Source: Chlamydiota bacterium | Lineage (GTDB): Bacteria > Auribacterota > JACPWU01 | DNA length: 32,000 bases | NCBI GenBank assembly: GCA_016196885.1 | Contig: JACPWU010000024.1 | Coordinates: 1-32,000 of the forward strand | Direction of reading: 5' to 3' | Part shown: positions 17,486-25,217 of the stretch, piece by piece | Numbering within the stretch: the first letter of the stretch is position 1 | Layout of the letters: each line of letters opens with the position of its first letter | Position numbers and translations under genes: made by a program | The notes under the pieces: generated by a model | What the model was told of the DNA's origin: nothing | Database searches by the model: none | Seen by the model: only the letters and a program-made list of their open reading frames with translations

Positions 17486-17535
17486 ACCCTTGGCCCTCTT
17501 CTGGTAGGGACCTTTATTAAGGTGTCCATACTCCT

Positions 17536-19125
17536 ATGAGTGAAAAATTATCCATGGCCCGCTCCATGTCTCGCGTGGGCTTTTGGACTTTTACGAGCCG
17601 TTTGTTGGGTTTGGTGAGAGACAGCATGGTGGCTCGCCTCTTTGGGGTCGGGTTTGCGACGGATGCCTTCATGGTAGCCTTTACCATTCCCAACTTGCTC
17701 CGGCGCTTGTTGGCCGAGGGCGCTTTGTCCATTGCCTTCGTCCCCATTTTTACAGACTCTTTGACCCGTCAACGAAAGGAAGATTCTCAAGACACCTTTC
17801 AGGCCATTTTTACGATCTTTTCCGCTTTGTTAATTCTCATCAGTATTTTGGGAGTTTTTTTTTCCCCATTTCTTGTTAAGGTTTTCGCGCCCGGCTTTGA
17901 AATTGAAAAATTTCATTTGACCGTTCTCTTGAATCGCTTGATGTTCCCCTTTATTTTTCTGATGGGATCTTCTTCGGTGGCGATGGGCCTTTTGAATGCC
18001 TTGAATTCCTTTTCTGTCCCTGCGGCTGCTCCCATTTTACTCAATGTCTGCATGATTTTGAGTTCTTTTCTTTTTTACCGCTTTTTGAATCCTCCCATTC
18101 TGGCTTTGGGCTGGGGGGTTCTCGCAGGGGGGGTGACACAATGGCTGCTTCAAGTTTGGAAGGTAGGACAATTCGGTTTTAAAGTTCGCTTCTCTTGGGA
18201 TTGGAAACATCCCGGTTTACAACGCGTCTTTCGTTTGATGGCCCCAACGGTTTTTGGGGTGGCCGTTTATCATTTGAATATTTTGGTCTCGCGGGCCTTG
18301 GCCTCTCTTCTTCCTCAGGGAAGTGTGACCTACCTTTATTATTCGGATCGGTTTTTGGAATTTCCCTTGGGAATTTTTGCCTTTTCGATTGCAACGGTGG
18401 CGCTTCCTCAATTGTCTCGGGAAGCGGCAAGTGGAAATGATGATCGTTTGAAGGAGACGCTCTTTTTTGCTTTAAGATTGGCCTCGTTTATTTGTATTCC
18501 TGCCATGTTTGGGCTCATGATGCTTCGCCTTCCCATTCTCTCGCTTGTTTTTCAATATGGGAAGTTTTCTCTTCAAAATACTTTAGAATTGGCACAAGTT
18601 TTTGGGATGGCCTCACTGGGATTGATCGCGGTGGCGGGACTCAGAATTGTGGTTCAGGCCTTTTATTCGATGGGAGATGTGAAGACCCCTGTCAAGGCGG
18701 CTTGTGCAAGTTTCCTTGTGAATGCAAGCCTCGGCTTTGTTTTAATGAGATGGCTTGGCCCTTCAGGACTGACTCTCTCCAGTTCCATTGCGGCCTGGGT
18801 ACAATGGCTCATGCTATTTTGGTTTTTGGGGCGCCGCGTGGGGAAAATTTCTTTCGGGATTTTTTTTCGTGAGATTTGGCCTATTCTCCTTGCTTCTTTG
18901 GTGATGGCCCTCGTGATTTGGCCCTTGGGGGGAAGCGATCTTCGTTTCTTTCCAAAGACCGTTGTATTAAAATTGGCCTATGTTTTAGGGGCAGTGGCGG
19001 TGGGAGCGGGGATTTACATGGGACTTGTCTATCTTTTCGGATTTAAGGAGTTGAGGGGATTGATAAAGAAGTTGAGGGCAAGGGAGGAGAGGTTGCCTGT
19101 GGCAGGGCCTGACATTTCTGATTAA
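17536..19125 (+). CDS. murJ: Lipid II flippase MurJ (MviN)
   Basis: 529-aa polytopic protein, ...SRLLGLVRDSMVARLFGVGFATDAFMVAFTIPNLLRRLLAEGALSIAFVPIF..., a hallmark MurJ N-terminus. Confidence 0.9.
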   Translation: MSEKLSMARSMSRVGFWTFTSRLLGLVRDSMVARLFGVGFATDAFMVAFTIPNLLRRLLAEGALSIAFVPIFTDSLTRQRKEDSQDTFQAIFTIFSALLILISILGVFFSPFLVKVFAPGFEIEKFHLTVLLNRLMFPFIFLMGSSSVAMGLLNALNSFSVPAAAPILLNVCMILSSFLFYRFLNPPILALGWGVLAGGVTQWLLQVWKVGQFGFKVRFSWDWKHPGLQRVFRLMAPTVFGVAVYHLNILVSRALASLLPQGSVTYLYYSDRFLEFPLGIFAFSIATVALPQLSREAASGNDDRLKETLFFALRLASFICIPAMFGLMMLRLPILSLVFQYGKFSLQNTLELAQVFGMASLGLIAVAGLRIVVQAFYSMGDVKTPVKAACASFLVNASLGFVLMRWLGPSGLTLSSSIAAWVQWLMLFWFLGRRVGKISFGIFFREIWPILLASLVMALVIWPLGGSDLRFFPKTVVLKLAYVLGAVAVGAGIYMGLVYLFGFKELRGLIKKLRAREERLPVAGPDISD

Positions 19126-19137
19126 AGGAGGTTTCTC

Positions 19138-20916
19138 ATGAAAAGAGTTTTTTTAATTAGGCATATGCACTTGATTCCCCTTTGTAGTCGCCCGATTCAT
19201 CGGGCAAACCCATGCAAGGGGCACAGCCCCATGAATGGGGCGACTACAACTTCTTGCCATGGCGCTTGCTATCTAAGGGGAATCAAGTGCATATGCCAAG
19301 AAAATGTGTCTTTGGAGGTGGACTCTCAGGTTAAATCCGTGGTGGTGTATCCGGATCGCGTACTGGTAAAGAGAATGGCTTCTTTGGATTTGAAGGAAGG
19401 ATCTTTTCAAGCTGTTTTTAAGGATTTGCCGGATCTTCTGGAGGAAGATTCTTTAAAGGCGCTCGGAAGGGGAGAAGCCCGTGTGAAAATTTTGGGTCTT
19501 GAAACGAAGCGTGTTTATCTGGAAAAGCCTTATGAAGGGGAGATTCGCAAGTTGAAAGAGGCAGTCACACAAACCGAGGATGAAATTTCTGTTTTGGACG
19601 ATCAGGAGGCTGTGCTCGACAAAGAAAAAAGTTTGGTCGAGGGGATTCGCGTTTATTCTGGCGAACAATTTTCAAAAGAATTTATCACGCGATCTCCCAG
19701 TCCAGACGATTGGGAAAAGATGGTTCAATTTATGACAGGACATCTTTCAAAAATCAATGAAGAGAAAATGTCTTTGACTCAAAAGAAAAGAGAATGGACG
19801 GAGAGTTTGGACGTGATGAAGCGCAAGTTGTCCGAACTTTCTTCAGGCACTCGTTCCAAGCGCCATGTGACCGTTCAGTTGGAAGCCCTTTCAGCGGGTC
19901 ATTTTGAATTGGAGGTTTCTTATGTGCTTCCAGGGGCGAGCTGGTATCCCGGTTATGAGGCGAGAGCCTCTCTCAAAGAAGGAAAAGTTGAATTCTCTTC
20001 TGTAGGCAATGTCAAGCAGATCACCGGTGAGGATTGGAAGGGTGTGGAGCTTTCTCTTTCAACGGCTCGGCCTGCGGTAGGAGCCCAGATGCCTAAAATA
20101 GAGGCTTGGGAGTTGAACCCTTATCAGCCTCCTCTTCTTTACCAGAGTCAGGCAGCTCCTGAAAAGATGGAGAGATTGGGAAAGGGGAGAGTGATGTACG
20201 GTCTGACCGATGATTATTCTCCGGAGCCGCAAAGGGCTTCGAAGGAAGAAGCGCTTGTGGAGGCAGAAGTGGCCATGAGTGAAACCATTCGCAAAGGAAC
20301 AGCTGTAGAGTTTAAAATCCCTGGCTTTGTGGATATCCCCAGCGATCAAAACATGCACAAGGTCTGGATTTCTGCTCTCGATCTAGCCGGAAAATTTCAT
20401 TATTTGGCCACGCCCAAATTAAGTCCTTACGCCTATTTGGTAGCCGATGTGAAAAATGAATCAGATATTCAATTTCTAGAAGGGGATGTGCGTGTATTCC
20501 TCGAGGGAGATTTCGTCGGCACTTCTCACATTGAGCCTGTAGCGCCGGGAGAAGAGGTCAGTCTCCATCTGGGAATTGATGAAGGATTAGAAATCAAACG
20601 AGAGGGGGTGGAGGATAAACAAGACGAAACTTCTTTTTTTTCCAAGAAAAAAGAGTGGGTCCGTTCTTACAAAATCAAAATCAAGAATTTTAAGGACAAG
20701 GATGTCGAATTGACTCTCTGGGATCAAATTCCCGTTTCCAATCATGAGGACATTGTCGTGGATGAAGTTCAATGGAGTGAGAAACCGGTCGAACAAACCG
20801 GGCGTGGTCTTGTGAAATGGGTTTTGAATATTCCAGCCAAACAGGAAAAAGAAGTCACGATTCATTTTAGAATTACTTATCCAACTCAGATGCAAGTGGA
20901 GGGGTTGGAGGGGTGA
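19138..20916 (+). CDS. DUF4140/DUF4139 protein (MuiA-like, TIGR02231-type by recollection), with a 46-codon repeat-derived insertion after codon 7
   Basis: AAGGAGG lies 7 nt upstream of ATG 19138. The family-like N-terminus VKSVVVYPDRVLVKR...FKDLPDLLEEDSLKA begins after the insertion. An alternative start is GTG 19306, which has no obvious SD. Confidence 0.72.
   Translation: MKRVFLIRHMHLIPLCSRPIHRANPCKGHSPMNGATTTSCHGACYLRGIKCICQENVSLEVDSQVKSVVVYPDRVLVKRMASLDLKEGSFQAVFKDLPDLLEEDSLKALGRGEARVKILGLETKRVYLEKPYEGEIRKLKEAVTQTEDEISVLDDQEAVLDKEKSLVEGIRVYSGEQFSKEFITRSPSPDDWEKMVQFMTGHLSKINEEKMSLTQKKREWTESLDVMKRKLSELSSGTRSKRHVTVQLEALSAGHFELEVSYVLPGASWYPGYEARASLKEGKVEFSSVGNVKQITGEDWKGVELSLSTARPAVGAQMPKIEAWELNPYQPPLLYQSQAAPEKMERLGKGRVMYGLTDDYSPEPQRASKEEALVEAEVAMSETIRKGTAVEFKIPGFVDIPSDQNMHKVWISALDLAGKFHYLATPKLSPYAYLVADVKNESDIQFLEGDVRVFLEGDFVGTSHIEPVAPGEEVSLHLGIDEGLEIKREGVEDKQDETSFFSKKKEWVRSYKIKIKNFKDKDVELTLWDQIPVSNHEDIVVDEVQWSEKPVEQTGRGLVKWVLNIPAKQEKEVTIHFRITYPTQMQVEGLEG
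19160..19297. mobile_element. 138-bp composite MITE-like insertion with perfect 21-bp terminal inverted repeats
   Basis: GGCATATGCACTTGATTCCCC (19160-19180) is the exact reverse complement of GGGGAATCAAGTGCATATGCC (19277-19297). The segment encloses repeat copy 4 and a GCCATGGC palindrome. 138 bp is 46 codons, in frame and stop-free within the 19138 ORF. Confidence 0.55.
19184..19247. repeat. Palindromic double-hairpin element, copy 4 (64 bp), nested inside the 19160-19297 composite
   Basis: GTAGTCGCCCGATTCATCGGGC-aaacccatgcaaggggcaca-GCCCCATGAATGGGGCGACTAC. It shares the linker AAACCCATGCAAG with copy 1. Confidence 0.9.
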
Positions 20917-20979
20917 AGGAGCCATTTTTCACCTGAAAATAGTCTTTAGTCATTCTTATACAATGACTCATGATAGCTT

Positions 20980-21051
20980 GTAGTCGCCCGATTTATCGGG
21001 CAATGCCCAATACCCCAATGTCATAGACCGCCCCATAAATGGGGCGACTAC
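20980..21051. repeat. Palindromic double-hairpin element, copy 5 (72 bp)
   Basis: GTAGTCGCCCGATTTATCGGGC-aatgcccaataccccaatgtcatagacc-GCCCCATAAATGGGGCGACTAC. Overlaps the 3' end of the pabC-like ORF. Confidence 0.9.
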
Positions 21052-21850
21052 AAGGGTGATTTTCATCCCCCTTTGTGCCGACCCAGGGGACGATGCCCAT
21101 GAGGCTGTTCGTGAGAAAGGCTTCGTCTGCGGTTAGAATTTCTTCAGAGTTCAAGGCTGTCAATTTTACTTCTAAACCAAAGGTGCGGACCTTTTCCAGA
21201 ATGATTTTTCGAGTGACACCCGGGAGAATTCCATCTTCGACTCTGGGAGTTAAAAGGAGATTCCCTTTGATTAAAAAAAGATTGCTCGCCGTTCCTTCCG
21301 TGAGAAAGCCTTGCGTATTGAGAAAAATCCCTTCGTCATATCCCTTCTCTAATGCAGTCATTCGGCCCAAAATATTGTCCAAGTAATTTAGGGATTTGAT
21401 TTGTGAAAGGGGAGAAGTCTCATTTCTTCGGGTGGAAAGGGTCAGGGTCTGGTAACCTTTTTCATAAAGTTCTTCTCGAAAGGGAAGAAAACGTCGGCAG
21501 GTCAGAATGAACTGTGGGGGAGTAGGTACCATGGGAGGAATAGATCCCATCCATTTGCCGCGTGTGATGGTGAGTCGCAGATAGCAATCCTCAAGACCAC
21601 TTTTTTCAATGATTTGATTGATCCATTTTTCAATTTCTTCAGGGGTCCAAGAAGGTTGGATTTGAAGAACTTTCATTCCTTCAAAGAGGCGATGGATGTG
21701 GTCCATTCTACCTAAAATTTTTCCCTGGCAGGCTCTCATGCTTTCAAAAACGCCGTCTCCGAAATACAGACCCCGGTCCAGCATCAAAGGATGAGCCTCA
21801 TTCTCCTTAAAAAAAGAACCATTAAAACAAATAAGATTCTCATTCTTCAT
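20993..21850 (-). CDS. pabC: Class IV (fold type IV) PLP enzyme, probably aminodeoxychorismate lyase
   Basis: 285 aa, ...RGLYFGDGVFESMRA...IKSLNYLDNILG...TEGTASNLFLIKG...PGVTRK... Overlaps the pabB 3' end by 11 nt. The last ~19 codons and the stop lie in a palindromic repeat. Confidence 0.72.
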   Translation of the reverse strand: MKNENLICFNGSFFKENEAHPLMLDRGLYFGDGVFESMRACQGKILGRMDHIHRLFEGMKVLQIQPSWTPEEIEKWINQIIEKSGLEDCYLRLTITRGKWMGSIPPMVPTPPQFILTCRRFLPFREELYEKGYQTLTLSTRRNETSPLSQIKSLNYLDNILGRMTALEKGYDEGIFLNTQGFLTEGTASNLFLIKGNLLLTPRVEDGILPGVTRKIILEKVRTFGLEVKLTALNSEEILTADEAFLTNSLMGIVPWVGTKGDENHPCSRPIYGAVYDIGVLGIAR

Positions 21851-23258
21851 TGGGAATCCATTTTTTGGAATCAGTTTTTTGAGCTTTTATGCGTGTTGGG
21901 ATTTCAAAAAATGCTTTTCCCTTCACCAGGGTTTCTTCGTACTCTGCTTCTGGATCTGAATCTGCCACGATCCCGCCTCCCACTTGAAAGGATAACTCTT
22001 TTTCTTGATGAATCAAAGTTCGAATGAGAATGGAAAGATCGCTGACTTGATTAAATCCGATGTATCCAAAAACACCCGTGTAAAGATTTCTCCGTGTAGG
22101 TTCCAGTTCTTCAATGATTTCCATGGCCCGAATTTTCGGAGTTCCTGTGATAGAGCCTCCGGGGAAGGAGGCTTCGAGAACATCAAAAACATTGAGCCCT
22201 GGCTTTAAATCTCCTTCAATGGTCCCCACGAGATGAAAAACCGTGGGATGCCTTTCAAGGTGTTTAAGCGAAGGGACATGGATAGAACCATATTCACAGA
22301 CTTTCCCCAAATCATTTCTTTCTAAATCGATAATCATCAAAAGCTCCGCTGCATCCTTGGGACTCTTTAAAAGTTCCTCTTGAAGGATCTTATCTTCAAT
22401 AAGAGATTTCCCGCGCGGACGTGTTCCTTTGATCGGGCATGTTTGGATGTGGCGGTTCTCAATTTTAAGAAAACGTTCGGGAGAGAGGCTCATCAATGTA
22501 AGAGAGGGCGTCTTAAAGTAGGAGGCATAGGGGGCAGGATAATCGAGGGCGAGTTCTTGAAAGAGGGGGTAGGGGTTTCCCGAAAATTTTGTTTTGAAAC
22601 GTTGAGAGAAATTAACCTGGTAAATATCTCCCTGGGCAATGTAGTCTTTTGCTTTTCGAATAGCACAGAGATAGTCCTCTTTTTTGAAATTTGAAATGAA
22701 GGGAGCCATATTCTTAAAATCTAATGGAGATTTAGGCGCTTTTTTATTGAACCTTTTTCTGAAAGATTCAATTTTGGAAAAGACCTCTTTGTCATTTTCT
22801 TTAGGAAGTTTTTTTGCGATGAGCCAACCTTGGCTTTGGAGGCGGTCGTAGAGATAGAACTTGTCATAGAAAGCTACTTCGATATCTGGGGCGGGCGAGA
22901 TGGCTAAAGCACGTGAAGGAAGACTTTCCAGGGTCATCCCCAAGTCATAGCTGAAATAGCCAACGGCCCCCCCTTGGAAAAAAGGGTTGTGAGAATAATC
23001 CTGAGCGTAGCTGGAAAATAGTTTTTTCAATTCCAAAAGAGGCCGCTCTGAATTTTTTTCTTCTAGGGTTGTTCGGGTCTTGATTTCAACATGACGACCC
23101 TTGCTTTTGAAAATAAGAAAGGGGTCATGGCCCAAGATGCAGTGATGTTCATGGTAAAGAAGGAAGGCGTAGGGGTCTTCGCTCAAGGGAGAAAAACAGT
23201 CAAGCAGATTTCCCGAATGTGTCCAGGACTTAAGGTCAATTAAAGTTTCATGTTTCAT
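21840..23258 (-). CDS. pabB: Aminodeoxychorismate synthase component I
   Basis: 472-aa chorismate-binding enzyme, SPERFLKI...CPIKGTRPRG...LERNDLGKVC...SFPGGSITGTPKIRAMEIIEELE. The PIKGT lysine is typical of PabB; TrpE has PIAGT. Confidence 0.85.
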   Translation of the reverse strand: MKHETLIDLKSWTHSGNLLDCFSPLSEDPYAFLLYHEHHCILGHDPFLIFKSKGRHVEIKTRTTLEEKNSERPLLELKKLFSSYAQDYSHNPFFQGGAVGYFSYDLGMTLESLPSRALAISPAPDIEVAFYDKFYLYDRLQSQGWLIAKKLPKENDKEVFSKIESFRKRFNKKAPKSPLDFKNMAPFISNFKKEDYLCAIRKAKDYIAQGDIYQVNFSQRFKTKFSGNPYPLFQELALDYPAPYASYFKTPSLTLMSLSPERFLKIENRHIQTCPIKGTRPRGKSLIEDKILQEELLKSPKDAAELLMIIDLERNDLGKVCEYGSIHVPSLKHLERHPTVFHLVGTIEGDLKPGLNVFDVLEASFPGGSITGTPKIRAMEIIEELEPTRRNLYTGVFGYIGFNQVSDLSILIRTLIHQEKELSFQVGGGIVADSDPEAEYEETLVKGKAFFEIPTRIKAQKTDSKKWIPNEE

Positions 23259-23296
23259 GTTTCATGTTTCATGTTTTTTAACTTGAAACATGAAAC
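23245..23296. repeat. (GTTTCAT)x4 tandem heptamer array (23245-23272) with an inverted partner TTGAAACATGAAAC (23283-23296)
   Basis: Read directly. On the - strand the array reads (ATGAAAC)n and contains the pabB start codon (23258-23256). Confidence 0.85.
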
Positions 23297-23310
23297 TTGG
23301 AACCTGAGAC

Positions 23311-24990
23311 TTAAATCTCTCCCCCCACAGGCCTTGCCCCCTTCTGTTGAAGCAGGTCCAAAATTTCTTTCCGCTTGATTTTGAGCGTGGTGGTTTTGGG
23401 CAGTTCCTCCCAGATTTCAAAGCCTCGGATTCTCTTATAGTCAGCCAGGCGCAGGTTCACATGTTTAATTTCGTTTAAAATTTGTGCCTCGACTTTAGGA
23501 TTGTTTTTGAGTTCTTCAGGGTTCTCAACCTTTGGAACAATCAGGGCGTAAACTTGTTCGTCCCCTTTGAAACCCCTTGAATCCTTCTTGAGCCCTATCA
23601 CACAGGCCTCTCGAATCCAGGTGCTTCTCAAAAGTTCCTCTTCTAATTCCTCGGGGTAAACATTTTTTCCACCCCGTGTGACAATCACATTTTTAAGCCG
23701 TCCTGAAATATGAAGGTGTCCCTTGCGGTCGAAAAAGCCCAAGTCTCCCGTGTGAAGCCAGCCGTCTTTTAAAATTTCAGCCGTAGCCTCAGGATTCTTG
23801 TAGTAACCTTTCATGATGTTGGGTCCACGGGCTAGAATTTCTCCATCTTTCAATTTGATTTGAACCCCGGGGATGGGCTTGCCGACAGAACCCATCACCT
23901 GGTGAGTAGGGGTGTTGACATTGAGAATCGGGCTTGTCTCTGTGAGCCCGTAACCTTGATAAATGGGGATTCCTAAGAGGAAAAATTCCTGAATGATTTT
24001 GGGATCAATCGGGGCTCCTCCCGATATCATGAAACGCAGGCGGGGGCTCAAGTGATTTCGGACGGATTTAAAGAGAATCGTCCCTAAAGGAATGTGAAAA
24101 GCCATTCCTAGTTTTGAAAGGGCGCGAAGTATTTTGAAAACGAGGCGTTTCATTTTGGGAAGCGCTTCAATTTTTGAAAAAATTTGATGGTACATCAGTT
24201 GAATCAAAGCCGGGACCGCAATCAAAACGCTGCCCTGATTTTCCTGCATGCGCTCGACCAGGACAGGGCCTTTGAGATTTTCAACATAGGTGATGGTGCC
24301 TCCGGAATAAATCGGAATAAGAAAATCGGCCGTGATGGCATAGGTGTGGCAAAGGGGCAGCACCGAGATGAAATGGTCATTGAATGAAAAAGGGAAGACA
24401 GACGAAACAGATTCCACGTTAGAGGCCAGGTTCCCGTGTGTGAGCATCACTCCCTTGGGAGACCCCGTGGTTCCTGAGGTGTAAAGAATGATCGCCAAGT
24501 CTTCTGCCTTGGGCTTTTCAAGGAGGACGCCCGAATTTTCTTTGATCTGGAGGATTTTCTGAAGAGAGTTTTCCGATGCATTTGTATCGTCTAAGACGAT
24601 GATGTGAGGTTGAACCTTTGCATTTTTCGCCACGGACACAATCGTTTCCTTGAATTTGAGAGAAGTGAAAATCACTGTGCATTCGGCATGATCGAGAATA
24701 TTGAGTATTGAATGTTCTTTGAGCTTGTTATCGAGGGGAACCACCACGCCCCCGGCCCAGAGGGCGCCGAAAAAGACCATGCCCCAATAAGGAGAATTTT
24801 CGGTGATGAGACCGATCCTTTGAGAAGGTTTGAGGCCTTGGGCCTTGAGGGCGAGTGCGATTTTTTGGGCCCATTCATAGAGTTCTTGGTAAGTCACCCG
24901 AAAATAGTTTTCGCCCTCTTTGATTTGTAAAGCGATTCTTGATGCGAAACTCCCATGGGCTCTTTCGAGAATATTAATGAGGGTGTTCAT
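23311..24990 (-). CDS. AMP-dependent acyl-CoA synthetase (long-chain fatty acid-CoA ligase-like)
   Basis: ILYTSGTTGSPKGVMLTHGNL, GYGLTETSP and TGDLGFFDRKGHLHISGRLKNVIV motifs. The likely start is ATG 24990 (MNTLINILERA); the track ORF extends to 25086. Confidence 0.85.
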   Translation of the reverse strand: MNTLINILERAHGSFASRIALQIKEGENYFRVTYQELYEWAQKIALALKAQGLKPSQRIGLITENSPYWGMVFFGALWAGGVVVPLDNKLKEHSILNILDHAECTVIFTSLKFKETIVSVAKNAKVQPHIIVLDDTNASENSLQKILQIKENSGVLLEKPKAEDLAIILYTSGTTGSPKGVMLTHGNLASNVESVSSVFPFSFNDHFISVLPLCHTYAITADFLIPIYSGGTITYVENLKGPVLVERMQENQGSVLIAVPALIQLMYHQIFSKIEALPKMKRLVFKILRALSKLGMAFHIPLGTILFKSVRNHLSPRLRFMISGGAPIDPKIIQEFFLLGIPIYQGYGLTETSPILNVNTPTHQVMGSVGKPIPGVQIKLKDGEILARGPNIMKGYYKNPEATAEILKDGWLHTGDLGFFDRKGHLHISGRLKNVIVTRGGKNVYPEELEEELLRSTWIREACVIGLKKDSRGFKGDEQVYALIVPKVENPEELKNNPKVEAQILNEIKHVNLRLADYKRIRGFEIWEELPKTTTLKIKRKEILDLLQQKGARPVGGEI

Positions 24991-25113
24991 AGGTGATATC
25001 GCGAGAGTATACTCTTTTTGAGTCAAAAAGGGGTAGAAAATCTTATGGGCAATAAGCACAAAATTCGAAGCACGAAACAAATTCAAAATTCAAATTTGTG
25101 TTTCAATATCTCC

Positions 25114-25141
25114 TTGAATTTAAGTCCCCGGGTGGTAAAAT
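25114..25141 (+). promoter_or_regulatory. Candidate sigma-70-type promoter for the pgs operon
   Basis: TTGAAT (25114-25119), a 16-nt spacer, then TGgTAAAAT (extended -10; TAAAAT at 25136-25141), about 75 nt upstream of the pgsB ATG. Motif match only. Confidence 0.3.
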
Positions 25142-25217
25142 GAACTCATTTTATCAATAGCAAGTGATGCGAGAAGATGCTATGTTGCTGATGTCCAACG
25201 AGTTGGAATAATATCCT

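Noticed and set aside
17583-18872. Alternative-frame and antisense ORFs within murJ (17517-17747, 17548-17790, 17583-17879, 18179-18430, 18195-18440, 18492-18872).
   Set aside because: They are shadow frames of a GC-biased membrane protein gene. MurJ explains the region fully.
20948-20968. Hairpin AGTCATT-cttatac-AATGACT after the DUF4139 gene as an intrinsic terminator.
   Set aside because: It has only a 7-bp AT-rich stem and no T-run on either strand. The adjacent 72-bp palindromic element is a more plausible structural barrier.
3810-21051. Could the repeated GTAGTCGCCC palindromes be a CRISPR array?
   Set aside because: The copies are kilobases apart at irregular spacing and in both orientations, with genes between them. 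No cas genes are present. Dispersed REP/MITE-like elements fit better.
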